The notes: generated by a model not told the origin, from the sequence alone. A DNA stretch of 64,000 nucleotides from Camelus ferus (GCF_009834535.1 NC_045697.1:11596001-11660000); one strand, 5' to 3'; shown: positions 38,696 to 52,600, counted from the first letter of the stretch. Program-made: numbers and translations.

Positions 38696-40125
38696 GTTTG
38701 TGAGACATCAAAACAGATGGCCGAAATGCAAGCCTGCCATGTGCCCTACAGCAAACTGGTGGTGGCCCCATTCCTCTCTCACAGCCACAGGGTTGGGAGC
38801 CCTGCGTTCTGCTGTTGCAGCTGCCTCTGCCCGGAATCCCCCTTCCTGCCTCTTCTCCTCACTCCTTAGGCTGGCTGTAAGCCCCACCTTTGCGTTGCCT
38901 TAGGACTGGGGACTTAGAGCTGGGAGAATCGTATCCATCAGCTCAGCATCCTTGGATCTGTGAGACCACTAGCACATGACCCTGGAGGGAGGAATGAAAC
39001 AGAGACTGCAGGGAAAGGAAGGGAATGGACATAGTCTTGGCCATTGGAGAGATCAAGTGCTAGGTGTTCTCACGTCCATCACCACTTCATCCTCACAGTC
39101 ATGTCATGAGGTTGGGAGCATCTCCATTTATATGGATGTGGAAACCAAGGGCAAAAGCCACATCTCCAGGATCCCAAATGGTTTTGTAAACCCCCCACCC
39201 CACCCTGCAGCTTTAAAGCCAATAAGATTGCACTGTAGTTTGTAACACTGACCCCCAGCCCCTGACACCACCAGGACCTCTGCCCTCCAGCCCCGGAATC
39301 CTGGCTGTGTCTGTGCCATGTTCACAGCGTGGACTCTTGCGGACCCTGCCTCTCCGGTGTCACTAGCTTCTAATGGACATGCAGTCCGGGAATAGTCTAC
39401 AAGTACTCCCATGAGCATCCCGAAGCTGCAAGGGAGACTGAGCAGGAGAATTCTGGCTTCCATTTTGGGAGGAATGGACTTCACAGAGTGGAATTTTCAA
39501 ATAGATGAAGGGTGTTCAAAGGCACCGTAGGTACAACTAGAGTAGTTAATGTCTACCGTTGCAGGAAGGATAACTCATCTTCCAGAAAAGACTGCTTTGT
39601 GTGTTTGCAAGACAGGTATTAATCCGTAAGTTAACAGTTGCAAATAAGTGAACCCTGAATGGTTTAGGGTCTCTAAACTGCCTAAGTCTTTAAGATTTGG
39701 GGGAGTTTTATTCTAGAAAATCAATGGGATTTTTACTTTAAGCTCTAACTACTTCTCTTCTGGACTTCAGTCATCCCCAAGTCCTGAACGTTAGTTTCTT
39801 TGTATAACACAATTATGTGCTATTGAGAGAAATAATCTTGTCCAAATCCTCCCACTCCTTCCTCCACATGTTTACCTTGACCCTGACTTTCCCTCACCAC
39901 TCCCCAACAGAGCCATATGTGAGGGATTATTCTAGAACATCAGGAAGGAATGCAGGCCACCCCAAACCGTGGGAAGGGCATGGGAAACTTCCTCCTAGAA
40001 GTATTTGTCCTTCTAGGGCCCTAAAAATGCACCAGATGAAGAAAGATCTGGGGGTTAAAACCCAGCTCTTCTTGGTTTCATGCTATAGTTTGAGGAAAAA
40101 TAAAAATTAAAAAATAATTTAATTA

Positions 40126-40260
40126 GGAGGGAGGACATAGCTCACAGTAGAGCACATGCTTAGCATGCACAAGGTCCTGGGTTCAATCCCCAGTACCTCC
40201 ATTAATAAATTAATAAATTAATTAAAGCCTAAATACCTCCCCCTGTAAAATTTTTAAATT
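40126..40260 (+). mobile_element. tRNA-derived SINE (camelid vic-1-like)
   Basis: catagctcacagtagagcacatgcttagcatgcacaaggtcctgggttcaatccccagtacctcc (A and B boxes), AT-rich spacer, cctaaatacctcccc. Confidence 0.92.
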
Positions 40261-40479
40261 AATAAAATACGTATACACATGTGGAAGATGGAAAAGAAAT
40301 GGAAAAAAATACTTTTAAAAAGGAACTTCTATTTTATTAAATCATTTTGCTGCTCTCCCTAAAACCATAAATTCTAGGAAGAAGCCAACAAGTTGTTTCT
40401 GGATAAGGTTTTGATTCTTTTAAGAGTGAATGTGAGTCTAATAAAATGGAGAAAGGAATAAAATTAAGGCTCCTAAATC

Positions 40480-40860
40480 TAGGAAGAATGGGGAAAGCAA
40501 ATAACACAGTAAAAAATGTGAATGCTTTGACCCCAGCCAACAGTGTAGAAAACTTAGATGTGATTAAAAAATACATATTAAGACAAAAAGTACCTGATAT
40601 TACTAACATTGCAAATTTCCAAGATACTGAAATCCTTTCTTTAAGTATATATTTTTTTAAGTTTGGAACTGTTGTGTATATGGACAATAAGAGAAGCCCA
40701 AAAATTTATTTCAGATGTGGCAAAAAAAGAGGCAAGGGGCTTCGTGGAGAAACTGAACAGAAATCAATCAAGAGGTCCAGATGGCATGAATCCTTGGGTC
40801 TTGAAGGAACTAGATAATGAACTTTGTGAATCATTGCCATTATTTGTGTAAGTCAAATAA
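40480..40860 (+). mobile_element. Ancient CR1-clade LINE ORF2 fragment
   Basis: ORF 40663..40851 contains KLNRNQSRGPDGMNPWVLKELDNELCESL, matching the CR1 motif KS.GPDGIHPRVLKEL...I.EPL. Confidence 0.7.
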
Positions 40861-41519
40861 CAGGAGGCTCTCAAAATGCCTTTTATTTTAAAGGTTTTGG
40901 TTTTTCCTTTTTCTCTAGTCTCTTAGTACACTTTGAATCACGGTATGAGGAAAATTCCACCCGAATGAAATACAATCCTTGCCAATAGCCAGCATCCATT
41001 TGAGATCCAGATCCAGAAAAATTATACAACTTAAAATGCAGTCAGGGTAAAGCTTTGAGAAGTGCTAATGAGATTCCTCTGAGTTGGACCAGTTTCCCAG
41101 TTCTCAGGGAAGGCTGCTTCACCATGCGGCGCGGTCGACGTTGGCTCACGCAGAGGACTGTGCACGTGACAAGAGAACCGGGCTTGGTGTCAGTACCCTC
41201 TTCCCATCCATGAGCTGGGTGGCCTGGAGTGGGTAAATTAGCCTCTCTGAGTCTTACAGTTCTAACTTATGAAACTTGGAAATGAGGCCTATCATGCCAC
41301 TCATGTCAAATTTAAAAGTTATAAAAGCCATCAAACTATAAGCTAATGTCACCATTTTTATCTGTTACTATTCTGAGAAAGCTCCTAAAGATTTAGAGGG
41401 TGATAAAAATAATTGCCATGCCAGCCAATCTGAAATCTATGCTGGAAAAACATTCTGAAATTATAAAAAACAACACCATTTATATTTATGGTAAATTTAA
41501 GGCATCCCAGTGGTGAAAA

Positions 41520-41750
41520 CTATCATTGCTGAGTATTTACTGTGTACCTGACCCTATGCTTAAGGCTTTCCATGCCTTAGCTGAGCTTGAATCTAATGAA
41601 ATCAAGTGATATCCCAGCCCCATCCTTCCAACGGGAGAACTCAGGCTCAGAGAGATGGAATTGCACTTCCCAGGTCTTGTTAGTGGATAGTATGAGATTT
41701 AGGGTCCAACCCAAGAGGTCTGAATCCAGAAACTGTCCACTTGACTGACA
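41520..41750 (-). mobile_element. MIR
   Basis: gctgagtatttactgtgtacctg...gagaactcaggctcagagagatggaattgcacttcccaggtc. Confidence 0.65.
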
Positions 41751-42644
41751 CTAGGCCCTGGCATGAAAGATAGAAAGATAAACGATGGCCACAGACACCT
41801 TCTTATGCAAACCACCAAGACCAGTATTGATCTTGTAAATGGAAAACCAATTACAGATGAGACTCATAAAAATGATACATGGGAACTTTCAATATTTTGC
41901 TTTAATTTAAAATATATAAATATTCATTCATTTAATAAAATCAATATTTGGAATTTGTTTAGAAGAAGAAACACAGTTCTTGAAACACGTTTTTGAAGCA
42001 TGTGGATTTTTCATATGTCATAACATAGTTGACTACCGATTGAATGAAACAAAATTCCTCCTGGGGCAACTCTGGCTTTCATGCTGAGATTTGGGCTAGA
42101 CTTGATATAATACTTCCTTTTGCCTGTCTTCGTCATTTTTTTAATTTATCTATTTCTGTCATGGCCTAAAGGATTTCATCCCTGACACTAAGATTATATT
42201 GCAATAAATAGAATCACTAGTTGATTGTTATTTATCATCTTCCTGTAAATCATTGGAACCTCCAGTTTGTCTGGGGTCTGTTACTAAACCATGTTCTTAA
42301 TTAATCTCTTGTAGTTCAGAATTTTTCCAATGTTGTCAACCTCAGGCAACATTTTTCTCTTCTCTGAAATTTAGTAAATATCGAGCTGGGAATTTCACAC
42401 CCCACTAAATTGAAAGGGAAATCTCCCTTAATGTCAATGATTTTTAGCCATTATATGTAACCTAAATATCCGTGTCTTCCATTTTTTCTGAAATGAAACT
42501 CCAAAATTATTTTTAAAACTTTTTATAGCCTCGTGATCCCTAACTTGGAACAAAGAAGTTGGAGTATGTTATAAAAACCTGGCATTTATTTAAATCACTT
42601 TCCTTACATTCATAACTAAAACACAAAGAAGAATTAGATTAGAC

Positions 42645-42913
42645 CAAAGGTCTTCAAACTTTTGGCCAGAAATACAAGGTATGAGAAATTTTACATCACA
42701 GAAATTTTATATCGCAGGCACACACATACTACACATATACACACACATATAATAAAACAAATTTTCATGAAATACATTTACAACATACAATGCACACTAT
42801 TTTCTATTCTGTTTTATTCTAGTTCATTTTATTTTTAAAAATCCTTTTCCCCAATTCAGTAAATTTATTTCATGACCCACCAAGAGTCAAAACCCATGAT
42901 TTGAAAAATGTTG
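42645..42913. mobile_element. hAT-Charlie-type MITE (subfamily unassigned)
   Basis: Degenerate TIRs caaaggtcttcaaact / tttgaaaaatgttg; internal catgacccacc and ttctattctgttttattct. Confidence 0.6.
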
Positions 42914-44086
42914 GTAAAGAAAGCAGAGGCTTTTTAGATGTCTATTTTCTTCAAGTGATTCTTTGCAGAATGTGTACATTTGTGGGGAAAATCAGTTTAC
43001 AGAATAATTCAGAGTCTGTCTATGCTGATTTTTGTGAAGAGTACTTATCTTGTAAAAACAAACAATTTAATCTCTTAAATCTCGGACACTTTTTCTATTG
43101 TCAGTAATGAAAAATCAGAATTTGGAATTCCACCTGCATTGCTACCAGCGGCTGCCGAGAATCTTTGCTTGGATTTTGTGTATACTCGTAGCACTGGCTT
43201 TACCTTTTACACCATGGTTTTCTGGAAAACATCTTATCACTTAGAACTGTTTCAACCTTATTGGAGAGTTATTCCCTAATAAAAATGTTCCTGTTGATAA
43301 GTGATTTTAACTCGTGGTAAATTTGTAAGCAGCAGATCAATTAGTAGGTTATTTGGGCCTTCTAGGGCCCAATGCATGAGTACCATGGCTTTTTCCTACA
43401 TTTAAGTCACCTATTAACTGCCCTGAAGTTTCAGTGATGCCAATCTTCTGTACAGAGCCATTTTCTGTAATATTGGTCCACCAATTGGCATTCTGTGAAT
43501 TCTTTCTTGCATGAACCACACCAATAATAAATGAACTCTGATAATTAATGTTGGTTTATTTAAATTTAGAACAAGAATTTAAATACACTTGGAAAGCTAT
43601 ATGATAGACCCCTTCTACGTGCTACAATGTTTCCCCAGAACTTTTACCATTATCTTACCATATAATTTGACTCTAGTTCTTTTTAAAGCAGCGTTCTTTA
43701 AACCTAAATTATTTAACTAGATTTTTCATAGAAACAACCTTCTTTATTATTTTCGCATTCCTAATGTATTGGCTTATGTAATGTTTAATTGCATCATGAT
43801 TATAGTAACAAGAGAACATTGCATACACAAAATTGGAGAAAATATAAGTGACTCTTGATAAGCATAAAATTCAGGTGGAAGCATTAGTGCACATGAGACT
43901 ACAGCAAGGAGTCTGCTGGTGATGAGCATTCAGAGTGTGATTTACAGAAGAAACAGGAAGCACTGGACAATCCAGGAGCAGGTAGGAGGAGATGGTTTAC
44001 GAGAGCTTCTGCTCTCCCACGGTAGAGGTATGGGCAAAGCCCAGTGGAAACAGTCAGAAAGGTCCCAAGGCAAGAATTAAAGTGTT

Positions 44087-44262
44087 AGATAAGCAACAAG
44101 TCCCCACCGTATAGCACAGGGAGCTATATTCAATATCTTGTAGTAATCTGTAATGGGAAAGAATATGAAAAAGAATAAATATATATATATAGCTGAATCA
44201 CTGTGCTGTGCACCAGAAACAAATACAGTATTGTAAATCAACTATACTTCAATTTTTAAAAA
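44087..44262 (+). mobile_element. Short L1 3' end with TSD
   Basis: gtatagcacagggagctatattcaatatc...gtaaatcaactatacttcaat plus A tail; 15-bp TSD aagaattaaag(t/c)gtt at 44072-44086 and 44263-44277. Confidence 0.92.
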
Positions 44263-45919
44263 AAGAATTAAAGCGTTGCCACTTTATTTAAGATGCTCAA
44301 GCCCAGGGGAATAAAGGTTGGGGGATAAGGAGGAAATGCACTAAGGAAAGATACTTAGTAGCACAATGCACTGCAGCAGCTACCACTTCACAACAGACAA
44401 CAAAGAGACAGCTGGTGACTCAAGGCTTCTGGAAGGATTTCTCTGGAAAGTTTGCAAAGAGAAACTACATCTCTGAGCAACCCAAGAAAGGGCAAAAGGA
44501 GTTGAGATTTATGGACCTGGCTCCTCTCTTTCATCTGCTGACTTCCATTGCTGAAGGGTCGTCCCACAGCAGGTTGATTCCTCCACTCTGTACATCTGCC
44601 AGCCCCTCAGCACCCAATCAAGGACCCAGATCCCATATCCCAGAGTGGAACTGTTGACTCCCAGTCTCAAAAGCCTGAAACCCTAGGGGCTCGGCATGTG
44701 AGGCATGAAGGAAATCCAGGTGCGGGGCTTCATTTAGAATTCCAATCAGCTCAGGGAGTTCATAAGGACACTGGCAAAGGAGGGGATGGTATTACCCAGA
44801 GAGTGTGCAGCAGCATTTTAAAAAGGGGGCGGGCACGTCCAAGAAATTTGAGGAGGTATACAAGGTTTATGTGCAGCACAGAAAGCTTAGTAGAGAAAGC
44901 TTTGGGTTTTAAAGCACAGAGAAGTGGAGTAAGGACAGGCCAGGAAGAAGGAATGGTGCATTTTAAAAGACCCAGTGGGAGGAAATAGTGTGGCTTCTTG
45001 AGAAGAGTACAAACAGTAACACATGGCTAGCATATGGGGCATACCAGAGTATGCAAGAGGAGGAAGGTCAGCACATTTGGTTACGGCAATCCCACCACAC
45101 CACTGATTCCCAGAGAAGATACAGTCAACCAAAAACCCCTCCATCATTATCCTTGTCACACATCCGGACCCAACCAGCACCCAGGTGTCCCAGTTCCTCG
45201 TTCTCATCTGCTAGGCTACACGCCCACCAAGAAAATACCCTCTTCGTGAGAGCGGGGCTTGGGCAAAAGATGGAATTCAGATAAGGCTTAGAGAACACAA
45301 AACTGTTCATTTCTCCCAAATAATGCAGCGTACATATTTCACAGAGTTTAGGGAAAAGCAAGAGCCAGGGCTCACGTGATTTCTTCCAGCCATTTCAAAG
45401 CTTGCAGTTTCTTTGCCATCGGTAACCTACCATGGAGAATTCATTTCATGCCTGTCTACTCTGGTAAAACCTTGGAATGAATTGAATTGTTACAAAAAGG
45501 TGAAAATTAGGAATGCCAAGAGTCATTTGATGCAGCTAATTAAGAGTCATCATCTCTGCAGTTTTGCATGTGTTTCTGACTTTCTTTACCTATAAACTTA
45601 GTTTCTGAAGTTCCGTCTGATGAAAGAATTGTGAGAAACCCCTTTGCCTGTTGTCAAGGAGAAGGTTACCTTTTTACACTGGAGCTTTAGAGAAAAATAT
45701 TCACTTTCAAATGATCTTTCTATTATTGGAATTATTTTGATCAAACTGAAAATCTGTGAGCTAAAATTTAGTTCAAGTATGTGCTGGGGTTGGGGGGTGA
45801 AAAAAAAAAGAAAGAAATGGACTTACTTCTCTGATGACTTTCACTGGATTTAGATTAAGATCCAAGTTCCTCTATTTCACTACAATAAAAAAGAATCCTA
45901 GCTCCTTATGTAGGTTGTA

Positions 45920-46955
45920 ATGTCCTACGCTCTGACCACTCTCCATTTATGTTCCCATCACTAACCACACCACCTTAGTGGCCTGCTCCCTTTTCCTCAA
46001 ATATACAATGCTTGTTCCCACATTTGGGCATCTGTATTTGCTGATCCCACTGCCTGAAAGGCTCTCATCCCCCAGCTCTTTATATAACTCAGCTCCTTCA
46101 TGACATTCATATGTCAACTTGAATGTCGTCTTCTCAACATGTCCTTCCCTGACCCACACATACCCATTAGGATGCCTTCAGTAACAAGTGACAAAGAGGA
46201 CCCAACCAGAAATAGCTGAAACAAAGCTGTAATAACTCACACAACGCGTAGCATAGAGGCAGGCTAATTCCGACGCTGAATAATTCAGCAGAACTAGGTC
46301 TTCATCGAAGATCCAGGTCCTTTCCAACTTTTTACTCTGCTATCTTCAGCAGGTCAGCAATGCTCCCTTCAGGGTCACTGGGAACTGCTCCAGACATCAC
46401 AGGAGGACACAATGGTGTTCAGTGAAGAAGACAGACAGCAGCTCTTTTTAGTAGAAAAACCTTCACTCGAGGTCTCCCTGGCAACTCTTCGATCCCATTG
46501 GCCAGGACCCGCTTTTCCAAAACTAATCACTGGCAAGAAGGAAGAGACGATCATGACTGGTATTAAGGAGGGGTCTGGAGAAGGATCACATTCCCTAAGA
46601 GGACCAGAGGGTAAGCAGCCAGGGAAAATTGAAGTTGTGCCAGCAAGTACAAGGAGGGAGGCCAGGACTGGGGAAGGAATGGCTATTAAGAGACAAGCAG
46701 AAGCAATGACTACAACATCCAATCCAAAATAGCCCCATCACTCTCTAGCACAACGGGCCATTTAATCTCTGCAGAGAATGGAACTTAGCTTTATATTTCC
46801 CTTGATTCCCTTATATTTGTTTATTGTCTCAGGTCTCCACGCAGATATAAGCTCCATGAGGGCAGGGACCATGTCCATTGCTTCACCAGTCTACCTCCCA
46901 GCCCCAGAACAGTGCCTGGCACCCAGTAGACAAACAGTGACTATTTTTGAATGCA
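45920..46955 (+). mobile_element. L2 3' portion split by a MaLR LTR
   Basis: tccttccctgacccac|atccaaaatagcccc...aagctccatgagggcagggacc...cagtgcctggcacccagtag. Confidence 0.75.
46160..46716 (-). mobile_element. Old MaLR LTR (MLT1I/J/K-like)
   Basis: attaggatgccttcagtaacaagtgaca...tactctgctatcttcagc...cccattggccaggac...gactacaaca. Confidence 0.65.
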
Positions 46956-49143
46956 CTCACACATGCGCCCACACCCATGCCCATTTTGCCTTTGCACACT
47001 TTGTGGTAGTTTGATATTCAACCTGACAAAGCAGAAAAATCCACCAAGACTAAACCATCTCCGCTTCATAATCTTGGGAGACATTCCCTGAGTTCAAAGA
47101 GCATGGCTTTCATGATTTCAGCCAACCTTTACAGGGAATTTAAAACAGAATGCAGCACTTTCTTCCTAAATTTTGCTCCTCCTCCAGTACTTCCTGAGTC
47201 CATGATTACACCCAGATGCCCAAGGTAGAATTTCAATATCGACCCCATTCCCCTTTCTCCCTCACCGACCCCCACATCCAAGAATCAGGTCCTGAAGAAC
47301 TCAGAAATCCATCCCCTCCTCTCAATTTTTGCTGTCACTAGTTTCCTTAAATTCTGTTAAATAAATTCTAACATCCTTGTCAACTAGACTCTATCATATT
47401 TTGACTCATATTTCCTTATTTTCCAGGACCCAACATTAAAACACAGCTATAAGAAAAGGATCAAGTTCATTATTATTTTGAATTACTGTACCATCAAGAA
47501 CATACTACATTTCTGCTTTTTTCCATCCTGAATAAGGTTACATTTGAGAGGACAAGGGGAGAGAAAAGACAGTTTAAGCTGTTACTTTAAATGGCCACTT
47601 CTTAACAGTGGAAGAAAAGCTAGAGTATAACTCGGGCTTTTCAGCTTGGTACTCAGCCAATTGTGCAGAGTCCAATCCTGTAAAACTCCATCAATATAGA
47701 AAATAAATGAAACAAAGGGAGTCCAACATCCTTTATAATTCTGGGATGTTAGCCATGGAGAACTTTGTGCATTCAAACACATATCATCATTGTTGAGATG
47801 ACATCAAAGAAAATTTATGGACAATATGTGATGCCTTTGTCTCTCAACAAGAAAAGTCCATCTCTCCTCTAAATTCCCAGAACACTTGATATGGTACATT
47901 CATTCTCATCCTCTCTAGTATGTGTTAAGTTACTTCTGACTTTATTATATCTCCCCCAGTCACCTGTGAATTCACTGAAGGCATACCTAAGTGTATTAGG
48001 GAGTCTTAACTCATTGGGGTCATAGACACAACACAATCATTCTCTTTCCCAAGCTCTGCTTTCAGGCATACTCTGTTGAATCCCTCTCTCCCATCCCTCG
48101 ATGACACTTGGGCAGAAAACGTGACTTCATGGTTGCTCTCAGTAATTAAAAGTTCTTTCTGTTTTAAAACTTCAGTTTCATCTCAGATATCAAGTTAACC
48201 CCATTTATCTCATGGGCTGGACACGTGCTTTGAGAGGATTTGAGTGGGAGGGTGTTCAGTCTGATTTTTCACTTCCTCCCCTTCTTACTCAAGACAAGCT
48301 CTTAGTTCCTCAATAGTTGGGAATAACGAAGAGATGGGAGGAATAGGAGAGGGGCAAAGTCTCCTTACTCAATTAGATGTGTCTGAGTCTTCTCTTGACA
48401 TCCACTGCTTTGGACCACTGATGCCCTTTATATAGTGAGCATCTATGTTCCGACTCCTCTGTGTGGCTTCCTCCGGGGACCCGGTGAAGGCTTGACAAAG
48501 TACAGATCCCTTCCATGGGAAATCGGATTGGCCTCTTCCGTCTCCCATTCAGATCCGACTGGTGTTGCCGTCTCCCTACCTAGTAAACAGCCTGAGTGGA
48601 CCAATTCCAGTATGTTCTGCAGCATCTACTTAGCCTCCAGGACACTCACCATTCTGGGTATGCCAAGTGACAACAGTGCTGATTGCCCAGGTGCCAGCCT
48701 TTCTTAAGCTTTGCCAACTCACTCCCACTCCTTTTTCTTCTACCCAAGAGTCAGAAACACTACATAAGTACAGGTGTGACTAATGACTGAGATGATTGTC
48801 ACTGCTTCTGGTGAGCGGCCCCTATCCCACAAGGGACTCTCTGGTCACCCCTATCACTTGACTTGGAGGGGAGAGGGATGAGGTAGTCACTTCTTACCTG
48901 AACACTTCCTTCAGCCCGAAAACCCCAAAGACTCTCTTCCTTCTTCCTCCCTGGTATTCTCCTTCACAGACTGGGTGAAGAACCAAGGAGTGGTTATGGG
49001 GAGGTTCTCTCTTGCTCAAATTTGGGAAATGTTGACAGCTCTCTTTAGATGGAGGAAAACACTGTATCTTTGTCCCCTACTCTGGACTTTGGTTACCTAT
49101 TTTGCAACCACAGTAAAAATTCCTACTAAACACCCTCTCCCAG

Positions 49144-49678
49144 GGTATCTATTTTCTATTCCTGAATAACAGATGACTGCAAACTTAGCAGCTTAGAACA
49201 ATGTCTATTCATCATGTTGTAGTTTCCATCAGGAGTCCAGGTATGGTTTATCTTGGCCCTCCACTCAGGGTCTCAAATCTCCAATCAAGACATCTGTTGA
49301 GCTTCATTCTTATTTGGAGGTTTGCCTGGGGAAGAGTCTACTTTCAAACTCACTCAGGTTATTGTCAGATTTCATTTCCTTGCAGGTTTGTGGCTTGAAC
49401 CCATGTTTTCTTGTTTGCTGTCATAGCTTCAAGAGGCCACCCTCAGTTCCTTGCCACAGGGATCCCACCATAGGCCCTCCTACAAATTACAGGGTACTTC
49501 TTCAGAGCCAGCAGAAGTATCTCTTACTCCCATTTGCTTAGAGTCTTCTGTAACATAACAATGATGGGAATGACTGTCACATCACATTTTCTGTTGTCTA
49601 GAAGCAAGTCACAGGTCCTACCCACACTCTGGGGGAGGGGATATGCATTGGAGGCCCCCGTAGGCTGTGTCCACCACA
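49144..49678 (-). mobile_element. MLT1E/F-like LTR
   Basis: ctattcctgaataacagatgactgcaaacttagcagcttagaacaa...tagaagcaagtcacaggtcctacccacactc...gtccaccaca. Confidence 0.8.
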
Positions 49679-52600
49679 CACAGATTCCCTTCCTTCATTC
49701 CCTATATAGATGGCCTGATATGTGCAAATCACACTGTGTTGAGTGAGACAAAAATGATTAAGACAAGCCCCTTCCTTGAGAAGGTCATATACAAGCAGGA
49801 GATACAGTCCTGTAAATGGCCAAATTGTAGTTTGTAATAAATGTCCACTTATAGTTATGTACAGGACACCAGCCAGAGCCAGGAGCCCTGGTATTACATG
49901 TTGGGAGGAGGAAAAGTTCATGGAGGAGGTACTGTTTGCATAGGCATTTAAACGTGGTGGAGGGTTCACAACATTTAGCACAGTGCTTCACCTGCATCAG
50001 GAATTCAGCTAATGTACGGTGAGTGAAAAAAACAAATGGATGTGAACAAAGAAATAACTTTCCAAATGAACAGAGTAAAGGCTTGAGGAAACTCCTGACG
50101 TCATAGCAATTCCAACGTAACAATGGGTGCAGGGTTGGTGTTGAAGGTCTAACTGGTCACATACCACACAGGCCTTAAGAACTTGAACTCCTTCAAGCAT
50201 CAATGTCTTCATTCCATACCTATGAAGTAGCTTAAGGTGCCAGAGAGAACAGGGGATAGGAATGCTATTTCAGAGCCAAGAACAGGTGAGTAGAAGGATG
50301 GGAACTCAGGGCAAGGGGTTGGCAGAACACCTGTCAGAGGAAGGAGAAGACAGAGTTGTCTTAAGACTGCACATGGACAGGTGGTTCCAGACCAGCACAG
50401 TGCAGTCATCCACTTCCAAAACTTTCAGACAACCTGCATTCCATACACCATGTCCTGACACCATAAACTGCCTTTGACAGACCCAAGAAAAACTTTCCTC
50501 TGTGCATTGACAAATGAACACTTTGAACTGTTTAATAGTAGGACTTGCTAAATTTCTGCCTGACAACGTCACCATCTTGGGTGCACAATAGTGTTTAATG
50601 CATAAATATGGATATAGTATTGCAAAGATCACTAAACAGGGTTCTGGGGAGCCCACTGAGGTGCGTCTGAGGTCCCTGTGTCCCTCTCCTGATTTTAATC
50701 ATGATTGCTCTGTTCTATATGTTTTATAAACTTGGACTCTGGGGTGATTCTATTTGAAGAGAGTTTCACTGTTTGTCTCAAAAAAAAAAAACATTGTTTT
50801 ATTTTTTTCCCTACTTTTAATAAAAATCAGGATAAATTGGAAAAATTAAAGTCTTGACACAAGTGATAGAAAGCATAAGCCTCATGAACATGTTGCAATC
50901 AAAATTAAGATGGAAATCTTTAAGCACATCCAAAGCAGCAAAGCTTGGCTTCAATTCAATGTTTGATGATCTTAGCTTGGGTCAACCAGACATTCGATTA
51001 TTTGCAAAGGGAAAGAAATGAAAAATTAACATACAAAAAGATCATTAATAATATACTGTTGAAGATTGCAACGAAAAGTGAAGATGTAATTAGGAATCTT
51101 ATGGTGTGTTAGGCTCTCTGGAATGGAGCTCCCACCCTAGCATGAATGTCTGTATCTGTTACACATCTGAGGTTAGTGCATACATGTTCTTAGGAATGTG
51201 CGTGTACAAAAAAAAAATAGAATATCTGCAAAAATGGAATTGCTTTTATTAAATAAAGTAATGAATTACTGACTACCACCAAGTAATGCATCTTGAATCT
51301 ATTATTCTCAGTATACACACCATGTAAGACGTATCCTTTCTTTGGGTTTTACTTTCACTTTCAATATTCATCTCACCTAGGTTTAGTTTCAATCCAAATC
51401 TGCTTTCTTTTATTCTTAATTCTGGACTTTGCTTTCACTAAGGATTCTAATTATTTTGCTCATATTATAACAAACCAAAAAAAAAAAAAAAAAGCTTAAG
51501 AAAATCATGGCAAATATTTCTTAGAGAGGTCCTGCTCTTCTGCCCTGCCTGCTTCATTTCAAATTATTCAAAGTATGATCAGAGATTCTGATCACCACAG
51601 TAAGAAGTCAAAAACAAGCAAGTCCTCATTATTAGGAAGTAAATATAACAGTGATCCACTTGGCCTTGGCAACGACAAAAACAAACATTAAAGCAAATAG
51701 AATTATCATGCAGAAGCATGATCTCCTCTTTTGAACATTATAAGAATGAGAAATCTAATGACCAAATATTTCAACAGGCAGCATCTTAAACCTACTTTTA
51801 AGATCTTCACCATCTTCCTAGACACTGTCTTGCATTTCTTCCCTCCCTGAATCCTTTCAACAAATAGCCTTTCTCTCTGTAAACATTCTGCAATCCAACA
51901 AACAAGCATAAGACACCTATCATGAGCATTGTACCATCCCAATTGCTATGGAAGACACAGAGGTGAGCTTACCTGGGAGCTTATAGAGTTAGCAGGGAAG
52001 CTAACTCATGTAATCTAGCAAAAAAATAAAAATAAAAACAAACAAAGAGGGAAAAAAAGATGAGGTTTTTTTTTGGAAAAGGTAGCATTTGAGCTGGTTT
52101 TGAAAGATTCATAAGATTTAAACATGCAAAGATGAAGGTATCCCTAGTAAGGGAACTCATGAATAAACATGCCAAAATGATAAAGCATAAAATAGTTCAG
52201 AAAAAGAAACCTAGAACTTCAGCTTTGGAGCCTAAAAAACAGTTTCAAATCCTAGCTAATTAAGCCAGTTCAGACATCCTGGAAGTCACAAAGGACTCTT
52301 TTCTCTGGGATGCTGAAACATGATGTTGAGATGTAGACATTACTTTGGTCCTTTGAGGCAGCACATTCTTTCCAATGTGGCCCAATCTTTCCTTCTCTTC
52401 ACCACCCATCTCATGCCATGTTTACACTCAGTTCCTCAGATACACAAAGGCACCTGCCCAAGGACATACATTTTTCAGAGCCTGTATTCGACCTGAAATC
52501 TCTCACATTTCAAATCTCACACTCAGGCAAGATTAGCTGCCCACATCCCCTCACCTCCTGCACTAGAATCAGTCTCCTCTAGTTTTAACCATCCTGGGAG

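Noticed and set aside
40126..40200. tRNA gene
   Set aside because: The tRNA-like head runs into a SINE body and AT tail; the three copies are diverged and two have clear TSDs
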